Shown here piece by piece: positions 46,304 through 55,707 of a stretch of 64,000 nucleotides of DNA. The stretch comes from an uncultured bacterium (lineage in GTDB: Bacteria; Latescibacterota; UBA2968; GCA-2709665). The position numbers and the translations under genes are program-made. Each line of letters starts with the position of its first letter. The first letter of the stretch is position 1. Below the pieces are notes generated by a model. That model worked only from the letters and a program-made list of their open reading frames with translations. It had not been told where the DNA came from and did not search any database. The stretch spans positions 6,712 through 70,711 of the forward strand of contig CAZKDZ010000203.1 of assembly GCA_964551635.1 (NCBI GenBank), given 5' to 3'.

Positions 46304-47824
46304 ATGGCGATGAACTTGCAGATTCGCCCCGATGAAGTCTCCGATATTCTCAAGCAGCAGATTCTGGAGGCCGAACGGGATATTGACGTTTACGAAACGG
46401 GGACCGTGCTGCAGGTGGGCGACGGCGTGGCGCGCGTTCACGGCCTGGGCAACGCGCAGGCCAGCGAACTGGTGGCGTTTCCCGAAAACATCATGGGCAT
46501 GGCGTTCAACCTGGAGGAGGACAATGTCGGGTGCGTCCTCTTCGGAGACGACACGGCAATCAAGGAAGGCGACCAGGTCAAACGGACAGGACGCGTCGTC
46601 GAGGTGCCCGTGGGCGACGAATTGCTTGGCCGCGTGGTTACGCCTCTGGGTGAACCGCTGGATGGCAAGGGGCCGGTTCAGACTTCACAGACGCTGCCCG
46701 TGGAACGGATTGCGCCCGGAGTGATTCAACGCCAGCCGGTGGAAGAGGCGCTGCAGACTGGAATCAAGGTGGTGGATGCCGCAACGCCCATCGGGCGCGG
46801 ACAGCGCGAGTTGATCATCGGCGACCGGCAGACCGGGAAGACCGCCATCGGTCTCGACGCGATCATCAATCAGAAGGACAGCGGCGTCAAATGCATCTAT
46901 GTGGGCATCGGACAAAAGGCATCGTCCGTGGCCAAGGTCGTCGCCGAGCTCGAGGCGAACGGCGCCCTGGCGTACACCATCGTGGTTTCGGCCACGGCCA
47001 GCGACCCCGCGCCGCTCCAGTTCCTGGCCCCCTATGCCGGTTGCTCGATGGGCGAGTACTTCCGCGACAAGGGCGAACACGCACTGATTGTGTATGACGA
47101 TCTCTCCAAGCAGGCCTGGGCATACCGTGAAATGGCCCTGGTCCTGCGCCGGCCGCCGGGGCGGGAAGCCTATCCCGGTGACGTGTTCTACCTGCACTCG
47201 CGTCTTCTGGAACGCGCCTGCAAATTGAGCGACGAAGAGGGCGGGGGGTCTCTCACGGCGCTTCCCATCATCGAGATTCTGGAAGGGGACGTGTCAACGT
47301 TCGTGCCAACCAACGTCATTTCCATAACGGACGGGCAGATACTCCTGAAGCCGGAGTTGTTCTATTCGGGCATCCGTCCGGCAATGGACGTCGGCGCTTC
47401 CGTCTCCCGGGTCAGCTCGGCCAAAACCGGGGCGATGAAGGCGGTTTCCGCAACCTTGAGCGGAGATATCGCGCGTTACAACGAAGTCCAGGCCTTTGCG
47501 CAGTTCGGGGCTTCGGACCTGGACACGGCAACGCGAAATCTGCTAAACCGCGGCGAGAAGCTGATCGAAATCCTCAAGCAGGAGCAGTACATGCCGATGT
47601 CGCTCGGAGCCCAGGTGGTGTCCCTAACCGTTGGCGCAAGCATCGATGAACTGCCCACGGTGGACGTCAGACGATTCGAGGCCGAGGTTCTTGCCCATAT
47701 GCGCGATCACCACCAGGATGTCGTGGACGAGATTTCGAGCAGCGAAGAGTTGAGCGACGAGGCGCGTGGCGTCATAGACGCCGCCATCGAGCATGTCAAA
47801 CGCGGCTTTCAGGCGTCGGAGTAG
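46304..47824 (+). CDS. atpA: F0F1 ATP synthase subunit alpha
   Basis: The tracked ORF starts at 46145; the likely start is the ATG at 46304 ([13 protein letters not shown]). Walker A is GDRQTGKT. Confidence 0.95.
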   Translation: MAMNLQIRPDEVSDILKQQILEAERDIDVYETGTVLQVGDGVARVHGLGNAQASELVAFPENIMGMAFNLEEDNVGCVLFGDDTAIKEGDQVKRTGRVVEVPVGDELLGRVVTPLGEPLDGKGPVQTSQTLPVERIAPGVIQRQPVEEALQTGIKVVDAATPIGRGQRELIIGDRQTGKTAIGLDAIINQKDSGVKCIYVGIGQKASSVAKVVAELEANGALAYTIVVSATASDPAPLQFLAPYAGCSMGEYFRDKGEHALIVYDDLSKQAWAYREMALVLRRPPGREAYPGDVFYLHSRLLERACKLSDEEGGGSLTALPIIEILEGDVSTFVPTNVISITDGQILLKPELFYSGIRPAMDVGASVSRVSSAKTGAMKAVSATLSGDIARYNEVQAFAQFGASDLDTATRNLLNRGEKLIEILKQEQYMPMSLGAQVVSLTVGASIDELPTVDVRRFEAEVLAHMRDHHQDVVDEISSSEELSDEARGVIDAAIEHVKRGFQASE

Positions 47825-47843
47825 GTGCACGGAGGGGTAGTCG

Positions 47844-48695
47844 ATGGCGACATTGCGTCAACTCCGAAACCGGGTGACCGGAGTCAAGAATATCCAGAAG
47901 GTCACCCACGCCATGCAGCTTGTGGCCGCGGCCAGGGTGCGCAAGGCCCAGGACGCGATTCTGGCTGCACGGCCGTATGCCGAACAACTGGACCGTATTC
48001 TTCAACGGCTTACCGCAAGTATAGACGCGGACCGGCATCCCCTGTTCCGGCAGGGCGAATCCGGCAGAATCTCGGTCGCGGTCGTGACTGCGGACCGCGG
48101 TTTGTGCGGCGGGTTCAACGCAGGAATCTGCCGGAGGGTGCTGTCGGAACTCGAAGAACACGGTGAAGTCGAGCTTGTCGCCGTCGGCAGGAAGGGCAGG
48201 GATTTTTTTCGACAGCGCGGATTCGCGATCAGCCGCGAATACCTCGACGTATTCGGCGATCTGCATCTCGGCCAGGCGGTTGCCATTGCGCGCGACCTGA
48301 CGAGCCGGTTTATGTCCGGTGACGTGGACCAGGTCTGGATCGCCAACAACGAGTTCCTCTCCCTTGGACGCCAGGAGCCGGCAATCAACCGGCTGCTGCC
48401 GATTGTGCCCCAGGAAACAGATGAAAAGAGCGCCGGCGGCGAGTACATCTTCGAGCCCGATCCGGAGCAATTGCTCGAGACGCTCGTTCCGAGACACGTA
48501 AATTTCCAGGTCTGGCGCGCCCTTCTGGAGTCCAATGCCGGAGAGCAGGCCGCCCGCATGGCGGCGATGGACAACGCGACCAGAAATGCCGGAGACCTGG
48601 TAGAAGAATTGACGCGCGAGATGAACAAGGTGCGCCAGTCTTCGATTACCCTGGAATTGATGGACATCATTGGCGGCGCGGAAGCCGTGGCGTAG
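47844..48695 (+). CDS. atpG: F0F1 ATP synthase subunit gamma
   Basis: 283-aa ORF with MATLRQLRNRVTGVKNIQKVTHAMQLVAAARVRKAQ and a C-terminal ITLELMDIIGGAEA. Confidence 0.93.
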   Translation: MATLRQLRNRVTGVKNIQKVTHAMQLVAAARVRKAQDAILAARPYAEQLDRILQRLTASIDADRHPLFRQGESGRISVAVVTADRGLCGGFNAGICRRVLSELEEHGEVELVAVGRKGRDFFRQRGFAISREYLDVFGDLHLGQAVAIARDLTSRFMSGDVDQVWIANNEFLSLGRQEPAINRLLPIVPQETDEKSAGGEYIFEPDPEQLLETLVPRHVNFQVWRALLESNAGEQAARMAAMDNATRNAGDLVEELTREMNKVRQSSITLELMDIIGGAEAVA

Positions 48696-48777
48696 CGCTG
48701 GCTACTGTCGCATTTTGCGACAAGCTGTTTGCAGAGGTCCTGTCGATCCTGAGTAGCCTGGTTTTGCTTTAGGCTGA

Positions 48778-50424
<1,647 letters not shown>

Positions 50425-50437
50425 TTTACGGAATGCA

Positions 50438-50842
50438 ATGCCTACGTTTCAGCTTGAAATTGTAACCCCGGAAAAGACGGTTTACTCGGGCGAGGTTGAG
50501 AAACTGCGGGCGCCGGGAACCGAAGGCGGGTTTGGCGTGCTTGCCGGACACCATCCGATGCTGGCCTCCCTGAGCATCGGAGAGATGGTCTTCTCCGGAC
50601 CGGAGAATGGACCGAAGTCGGTCGCAATCAGTGGCGGGTTCGCGGAAGTCCAGCGTGACCGCGTCACCGTGCTGGCCGAGACAGCGGAATTCGCGCTGGA
50701 AATCGACGTGACACGGGCTGAAGCCGCCAGGGACCGCGCGAGGGAGAGGCTGGCGCTGAAGCAAGATCAGCAGATTGACGAGACGCGTGCGAGACTGGCC
50801 CTCGCACGGGCGATCAACCGGCTGCGGACCGGGGAACAATAG
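50438..50842 (+). CDS. atpC: F0F1 ATP synthase subunit epsilon
   Basis: 134-aa ORF (FQLEIVTPEKTVYSGEV...) at the end of the operon. Confidence 0.9.
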   Translation: MPTFQLEIVTPEKTVYSGEVEKLRAPGTEGGFGVLAGHHPMLASLSIGEMVFSGPENGPKSVAISGGFAEVQRDRVTVLAETAEFALEIDVTRAEAARDRARERLALKQDQQIDETRARLALARAINRLRTGEQ

Positions 50843-50878
50843 AAGCCCCGAAACACAACGCGTCAGCGGCGTTAACGC

Positions 50879-50911
50879 ATGGGTGGGTTACAAAACCCGC
50901 CCATTTTTTTT
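50879..50911 (+). terminator. Rho-independent terminator of the atp operon
   Basis: An 11-bp stem (atgggtgggtt / aacccgcccat) with a 4-nt loop, followed by a run of eight T. Confidence 0.8.
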
Positions 50912-51152
50912 GCCGGAATAAACCCGTAATGACCCCCCGTGGTACGGCTAGTTTCCGCTGTATCGTGTCAGCCTCGATCCGCTCCCCTCTCCCTCTGGGA
51001 CAGGGGTTGGGGGTGAGGACCCGGGCATCACTACCGGATTCCTTGCTCTTTGCTTCTGGTTGTCGCCTTTTTTTGGTTGATTGCTGTTATAGCACCTGGC
51101 TTTCCTTCTTCCTTTTTACTTCTTCCTTCTTCCTTTTCTTAAGGGTTTCAAT

Positions 51153-51905
51153 ATGAAGAATCCTACTATCGATCTTCTTATGTCGCACAGAAGCATTCGC
51201 AGGTTCCACAACCGGCCCCTTCCCGACGGCGTCCTCGAAACACTGATCCGGTGCGGGCAGCAGGCGAGCACGTCCAGCAATGTGCAGGCCTACACCGTTA
51301 TTCACGTGGCCGATCCGAAGCGGAAGAAGCGACTGGCCGAACTGTGCGCCGACCAGGTTCAGATTCACCAGAGCGCGGCGTTTCTGGCCTTCTGCGCGGA
51401 TCTGCACCGGGACAGGATGGCCAACCGGATGCACGACGCGGAGCGGTTCGACGGGGACTATGCGGAGGCCTTGATGATTGCCACCGTGGACGTGGCGCTG
51501 ATGATGCAGAACGTGGCGATCGCGGCGGAGTCGCTCGGATTGGGCATCTGCATGATCGGCGCAATGCGGAACAACCCGAAAGCGGTTGGCAGGTTACTCG
51601 ACCTGCCCCCGTATGTTGTGGCCGTGGCCGGCTTCTGCATCGGGTATCCGGACCAGACGCCGGAAGTCAAGCCGCGCCTGCCCCTCGACGCGGTCCTTCA
51701 TCGCGAGCGATACCTGTGCGACGAGACGCATCAACTGGCCATGGAGGAATACGACCGGACGATGGTGGAGTTCTATGCCTCGCAGGGGATGCACGAGGGC
51801 GACGAGCGGTGGACCAAGGTGATGGCTGGCCGCACAGGGCAGTTTCACGCCCGCGCCGAACTGGATGAATTCCTCACGGCCCAGGGCTTCCGGCTGCGTC
51901 GCTGA
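51153..51905 (+). CDS. nfsA: Oxygen-insensitive NADPH nitroreductase (NfsA family)
   Basis: 250-aa ORF with LMSHRSIRRFHNRPLP and QQASTSSNVQAYTVI. Confidence 0.8.
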   Translation: MKNPTIDLLMSHRSIRRFHNRPLPDGVLETLIRCGQQASTSSNVQAYTVIHVADPKRKKRLAELCADQVQIHQSAAFLAFCADLHRDRMANRMHDAERFDGDYAEALMIATVDVALMMQNVAIAAESLGLGICMIGAMRNNPKAVGRLLDLPPYVVAVAGFCIGYPDQTPEVKPRLPLDAVLHRERYLCDETHQLAMEEYDRTMVEFYASQGMHEGDERWTKVMAGRTGQFHARAELDEFLTAQGFRLRR

Positions 51906-52001
51906 AATCCCATCCTGCCTGCCTTCCCCTTGACGATCTCCACGTCATTGCGTATACATTTAGAGACAAATCACCCGGCGCAACCGCGAAAGAAAAGAAG
52001 A

Positions 52002-52313
52002 ATGCCTGATTCGACAATAGACAGGCTCGTCGGCGAGGTCGTAAAACGCGTAAACCCCCTGCGAATCGTGCTTTTCGGTTCGGCGGCCAGAGATGAATCA
52101 GAAGAGCAGAGCGATATTGATCTGCTCGTCGTCATGCCCGACGGGGTACACCGCCGCCGTACGGCCCAGAAACTCTACCGTGAGATTAAGGGACTACGCG
52201 TGCCCTTCGATATTGTCGTTGCAACTGCACAAGACTTGGAGAAACACAAGGACAATGACGGTTTGATCTATAAGAACGCCCTCAAGGAAGGTATCGAAGT
52301 TTATGGAGTCTGA
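52002..52313 (+). CDS. Minimal nucleotidyltransferase (MNT) antitoxin-type protein
   Basis: Starts at the ATG at 52002 inside the tracked ORF 51930..52313. The GS...DxD motif reads LFGSAARDESEEQSDIDLLVV. It overlaps the HEPN gene by 11 nt. Confidence 0.8.
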   Translation: MPDSTIDRLVGEVVKRVNPLRIVLFGSAARDESEEQSDIDLLVVMPDGVHRRRTAQKLYREIKGLRVPFDIVVATAQDLEKHKDNDGLIYKNALKEGIEVYGV

Positions 52314-52707
52314 CGCTCGAGTACCAGGGAGTGCTGAGGAGTGGCTACGTTACGCCAGGAGCGACCTGGCGCTTGCATGCATCGAAAAGCCGGAAGGTGT
52401 ATTGCTGGAGAATCTCTGTTTCCACGCTCAACAAGCGGTAGAGAAGACGCTAAAGGCAGTCCTTGTCTTTCTTGAGATTCATTATCCTACAACCCACAAT
52501 ATTCGTACGTTGCTCGATTTCCTGGCAGAGCGCGTGGATATTCCGCATGTGGTGGAAGAAGCTGCGGAGCTGACAGGTTACGCTGTTGCATCCCGATATC
52601 CGGGAAACATCGAGCCTATTGACGAAACAGAATACCGGCAATCAATCGTTATCGCCGAGACAGTCTTGAGTTGGGCGGAATCACTGATTTGCGAGAACGG
52701 ACCGTGA
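52303..52707 (+). CDS. HEPN domain protein (MNT partner, toxin-type)
   Basis: 134-aa ORF with WLRYARSDLALA...FHAQQAVEKTLKAVL...THNI...ASRYPG. Confidence 0.8.
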   Translation: MESDARVPGSAEEWLRYARSDLALACIEKPEGVLLENLCFHAQQAVEKTLKAVLVFLEIHYPTTHNIRTLLDFLAERVDIPHVVEEAAELTGYAVASRYPGNIEPIDETEYRQSIVIAETVLSWAESLICENGP

Positions 52708-53048
52708 ACGACGTTACTGAAAATATCGATCTATTAAAAGCGGAGCTGGACGCATTGCGGCCATTGCCTTCGGATGTCGTGGGGCGGATTGAACAGAAAC
52801 TCCGGATCGATTCGAACTATCACTCCAATGCCATAGAAGGCAACAGTCTCACCCTCGGAGAGACGCGAAGTCTGATCCTCCACGGACTTACCGCGCACGG
52901 GAAGTCGATGCGCGATCATCTGGATATCGAGGGTCACGACGAGGCGGTAAAGGCGATTGGAGACGTAGACGACATAGATAAAGAGATCGCGCTCTTTGTG
53001 AAAAGGACCACAAGCAACACAATCGATGCGCACGATTTGCGCACATAG
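52704..53048 (+). pseudogene. Truncated Fic-family gene (N-terminal segment only)
   Basis: A GTG at 52704 overlaps the HEPN stop. The fragment contains the Fic N-terminal (S/T)xxxE(G/N)-type motif HSNAIEGNSLTLGETRSLILHG. It terminates after about 115 aa without the HxFx(D/E)GNGRxxR core. Confidence 0.55.
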
Positions 53049-53055
53049 GCAAGCG

Positions 53056-54225
53056 ATGAGGCAATACGAAAAGACCCATCCCTGGATCACCTTCCAAATC
53101 GATCTGCGCGAAATGCCCTATACGCTTTGGATGAAACTGGGCGAATGTACATCCAAGATCGAGCACATCTCCAGGGTACCATTGGTTCATGACTCGGCTG
53201 AGGACCTCTATAAGATTTATCTGGCCAAGGGCGTCCATGCCACCACCGCGATTGAAGGTAATACCCTGTCCGAAGAGGACGTATTGCAGCATATGGCGGG
53301 CGAACTGGAATTGCCCCCCTCCCGTGAGTATCTGGCGCAGGAGGTGGACAACGTTATAAATGCGATCAACGCCACCATCGAGGGAATGCGGGAAGGTTCG
53401 GTCGAGCCCCTGGATGTTGAATGGATCTGTGAGATAAATCGGGCTGTTCTCGACAAGCTGGAACAACAAGAGGGTTCCATACCAGGTGCGATTCGCACCC
53501 ATTCCGTGGGCGTGGGCGGACGGTATCGAGGAGCACCTCCAGAAGATTGCGAATACCTGCTGCAGAGGCTGTGCCGATGGTTGAGAAATGAACTCGATGT
53601 ACCCAACGGCGAGGAGATTACATTTGCAATCATAAAATCGGCGATAGCTCATCTCTACGTCGCATGGATCCATCCGTTTGGCGACGGAAATGGCCGCACA
53701 GCGAGACTGCTGGAACTCGCAATCTTGTTGGGGGCTGGCATTCCGGTACCCGCCTGCCACCTGTTGAGTAGTCATTATAGTGCAACACGCGCCGAATACG
53801 CACGCCAACTCGCGCGGACCAGCCAATCCGGAGGGGAAGTCGTACCGTTTCTGTACTATGCCGTTCAGGGATTCCTCGACGGGCTTAACGGTCAGTTGGA
53901 GATGATCTGGAAACAGCATCTGGACATTGTCTGGCAGCATCATGTATATCAACATTTCCCGAGACAGGATACCGTCACCGGCAAACGGCGGCGCGACCTG
54001 CTGCTGGAACTGTCAAAAAACGATCAAACAGTAAGCGCATTAGCGCTTATTCTGTCGGCTGAGAGTTTAGGTCCGTTGTACGAGAACAATCCATCCAATA
54101 TGACGAAGGATTTACAATGGCTCGTAGATAAGCGTTGGATCAGGCGTGAGGGGAATAGCTACGTCGCCAATAAAGAGACGATGCTGAATCTCAGGCCGTT
54201 TCGGGTGCCTTCAAGTGGGAGATAA
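53056..54225 (+). CDS. Fic family protein (AMPylase-type)
   Basis: Starts at the ATG at 53056. It has the N-terminal motif TTAIEGNTLS and the catalytic core HPFGDGNGRTAR. Confidence 0.88.
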   Translation: MRQYEKTHPWITFQIDLREMPYTLWMKLGECTSKIEHISRVPLVHDSAEDLYKIYLAKGVHATTAIEGNTLSEEDVLQHMAGELELPPSREYLAQEVDNVINAINATIEGMREGSVEPLDVEWICEINRAVLDKLEQQEGSIPGAIRTHSVGVGGRYRGAPPEDCEYLLQRLCRWLRNELDVPNGEEITFAIIKSAIAHLYVAWIHPFGDGNGRTARLLELAILLGAGIPVPACHLLSSHYSATRAEYARQLARTSQSGGEVVPFLYYAVQGFLDGLNGQLEMIWKQHLDIVWQHHVYQHFPRQDTVTGKRRRDLLLELSKNDQTVSALALILSAESLGPLYENNPSNMTKDLQWLVDKRWIRREGNSYVANKETMLNLRPFRVPSSGR

Positions 54226-54546
54226 ATGCAATTGGTGAGAGCAAAAATCGACATCTCAAGAGAAGAGATCGCCGCATTCTGCCTGCGGAACGGAATCAAG
54301 CGGCTGGCGCTGCTCGGCTCGGTGCTACGTGACGACTTCACTGCGGAGAGCGACGTGGATGTGATCGTGGAGCTCGAGCCGGGCAAGACGCCGGGACTGG
54401 AGTTCCTCACTATGCAGGATGAGTTGTCGGAAATATACGGGAGAAGAGTCGATCTTCACACCTTCAGGGGGGTCGAAAGCAACCCGAATTGGCTGCTTGG
54501 GAAGGAGATACTCAACTCAGCGGAGGCGGTCTATGAGCAGGCGTGA
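54226..54546 (+). CDS. mntA: MntA-type nucleotidyltransferase antitoxin
   Basis: 106-aa ORF whose ATG directly follows the fic TAA. The motif is LLGSVLRDDFTAESDVDVIVEL. Confidence 0.8.
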   Translation: MQLVRAKIDISREEIAAFCLRNGIKRLALLGSVLRDDFTAESDVDVIVELEPGKTPGLEFLTMQDELSEIYGRRVDLHTFRGVESNPNWLLGKEILNSAEAVYEQA

Positions 54547-54634
54547 CGACCGTGTAAGCCTCTTGGTTGCGTTTGTGTAGGCCAAGGACATGCGACCGCT
54601 AATCGAGCAACTGGAGACAATTGCAAGAGAGTAA
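54533..54634 (+). pseudogene. HepT (DUF86) toxin remnant with internal deletion
   Basis: An ATG overlapping the mntA end gives MSRRDDRVSLL, a typical DUF86 opening, followed by a stop after 15 codons. An adjacent frame reads AKDMRPLIEQLETIARE*, a typical DUF86 C-terminus. The approximately 100 central codons are absent. Confidence 0.55.
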
Positions 54635-54641
54635 ACGTAGA

Positions 54642-54711
54642 ATCGCAACGCGGCCAGACAGTTGAATACGCCGGATAACTTCGGCGTTCAACGATCTGGC
54701 CGCGTTGCGAT
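54642..54711. terminator. Long hairpin between convergent genes (possible bidirectional terminator)
   Basis: A perfect 17-bp inverted repeat: atcgcaacgcggccaga (54642..54658) and tctggccgcgttgcgat (54695..54711). Further inner pairing is gttgaa..cgccg / cggcg..ttcaac. Confidence 0.5.
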
Positions 54712-54731
54712 GTGATACCTGTACCCCGCCG

Positions 54732-55469
54732 TCAGACGGTGGCAGCGGTCCGTACGAAGGCGGCGGCGAGGACGTAGAGGATCCACAGCCCGAAAACGCC
54801 CATCCCCGCGAGCCCTGTCCGTATCCCCGCGACAGCGCCCTGGCCCACCGCGATCAGCAGGTATTTCCACACGGCGAAGACGGTGATCATGGAAAGCGCG
54901 TGGTCCGCGAAACCCCCTTTCATGGATTCAGGTACAAGCAGGCCCAGACCGGGCTGTACCGATGGCGAATCCCATGCCGTGGCAAGCAGTACGGTAACAA
55001 TGGCGGCGGGGATGACCACGAGGGAGCTGTAGCTCACGACGGCCAGGGTCTTTTTGTACGTGCCGTCGCCACCGAATACGAAATTGGCGAGCGCGAAAAA
55101 TATCACCGCCTGGATGAAAATCGTCACGGCAGTCCCGATGGACGGGAGGATAACGGCGCCCAGGCCCATCATCCTCTCCGCGCTCTCCAGGGCCAGCGCC
55201 CGCTCTTCTTCCGAAAGGGATTCATCTTTCGCCAGTTGCTCCTGCACGGCTTCCATACCGGCCGTCTGCGCGGCGGGCATGAGCTGGTACGCGGAAATCA
55301 TGCCCACGACCACGATAATGAACATGGGGAGATACCAGTCCCGGTGATCGACGTGCGCGTTAACGGCGGCGAATGTCCGACGGGGTGAGATCAAGGCTCC
55401 GATCATCCGGCTGACGATACCCATCTCCTCTCCACTTTCCACGTCCTGAGCCTCTGTGGAATCTTCCAT
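54732..55469 (-). CDS. Yip1-family membrane protein
   Basis: 245-aa ORF with the N-terminal pattern IGALISPRRTFAAV and five hydrophobic segments. Confidence 0.7.
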   Translation of the reverse strand: MEDSTEAQDVESGEEMGIVSRMIGALISPRRTFAAVNAHVDHRDWYLPMFIIVVVGMISAYQLMPAAQTAGMEAVQEQLAKDESLSEEERALALESAERMMGLGAVILPSIGTAVTIFIQAVIFFALANFVFGGDGTYKKTLAVVSYSSLVVIPAAIVTVLLATAWDSPSVQPGLGLLVPESMKGGFADHALSMITVFAVWKYLLIAVGQGAVAGIRTGLAGMGVFGLWILYVLAAAFVRTAATV

Positions 55470-55707
55470 TGCGATTACCTCCGAATATGTGCCCCGAGTC
55501 TTTCAGGTTGCCCTGATGATTCGAAATGTAAGCGTCCCGCATAATATAAACTCTCAGGCACAGAATACAAACCTGATACCGCGACACGGCGCTCGTCCAC
55601 CGGCCCGTTTACGGGTTGCGGAAGACTGGATCTTTCGGCAAAATTGGGAACTCGTGGACGCGAGATGATTCGCGACCTTTTCTCGTGAACTGAAAGGAGT
55701 GGACACG

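Noticed and set aside
50985-51140. The hairpin-prone string ctcccctctccctctgggacaggggttgggggtgagg and a CT-rich tract (cttccttcttcctttttacttcttccttcttcc) upstream of the nitroreductase gene.
   Set aside because: Pairing is imperfect and the sequence is low complexity. It is plausibly a REP-like filler between the atp terminator and the next gene, and I could not tie it to any function.
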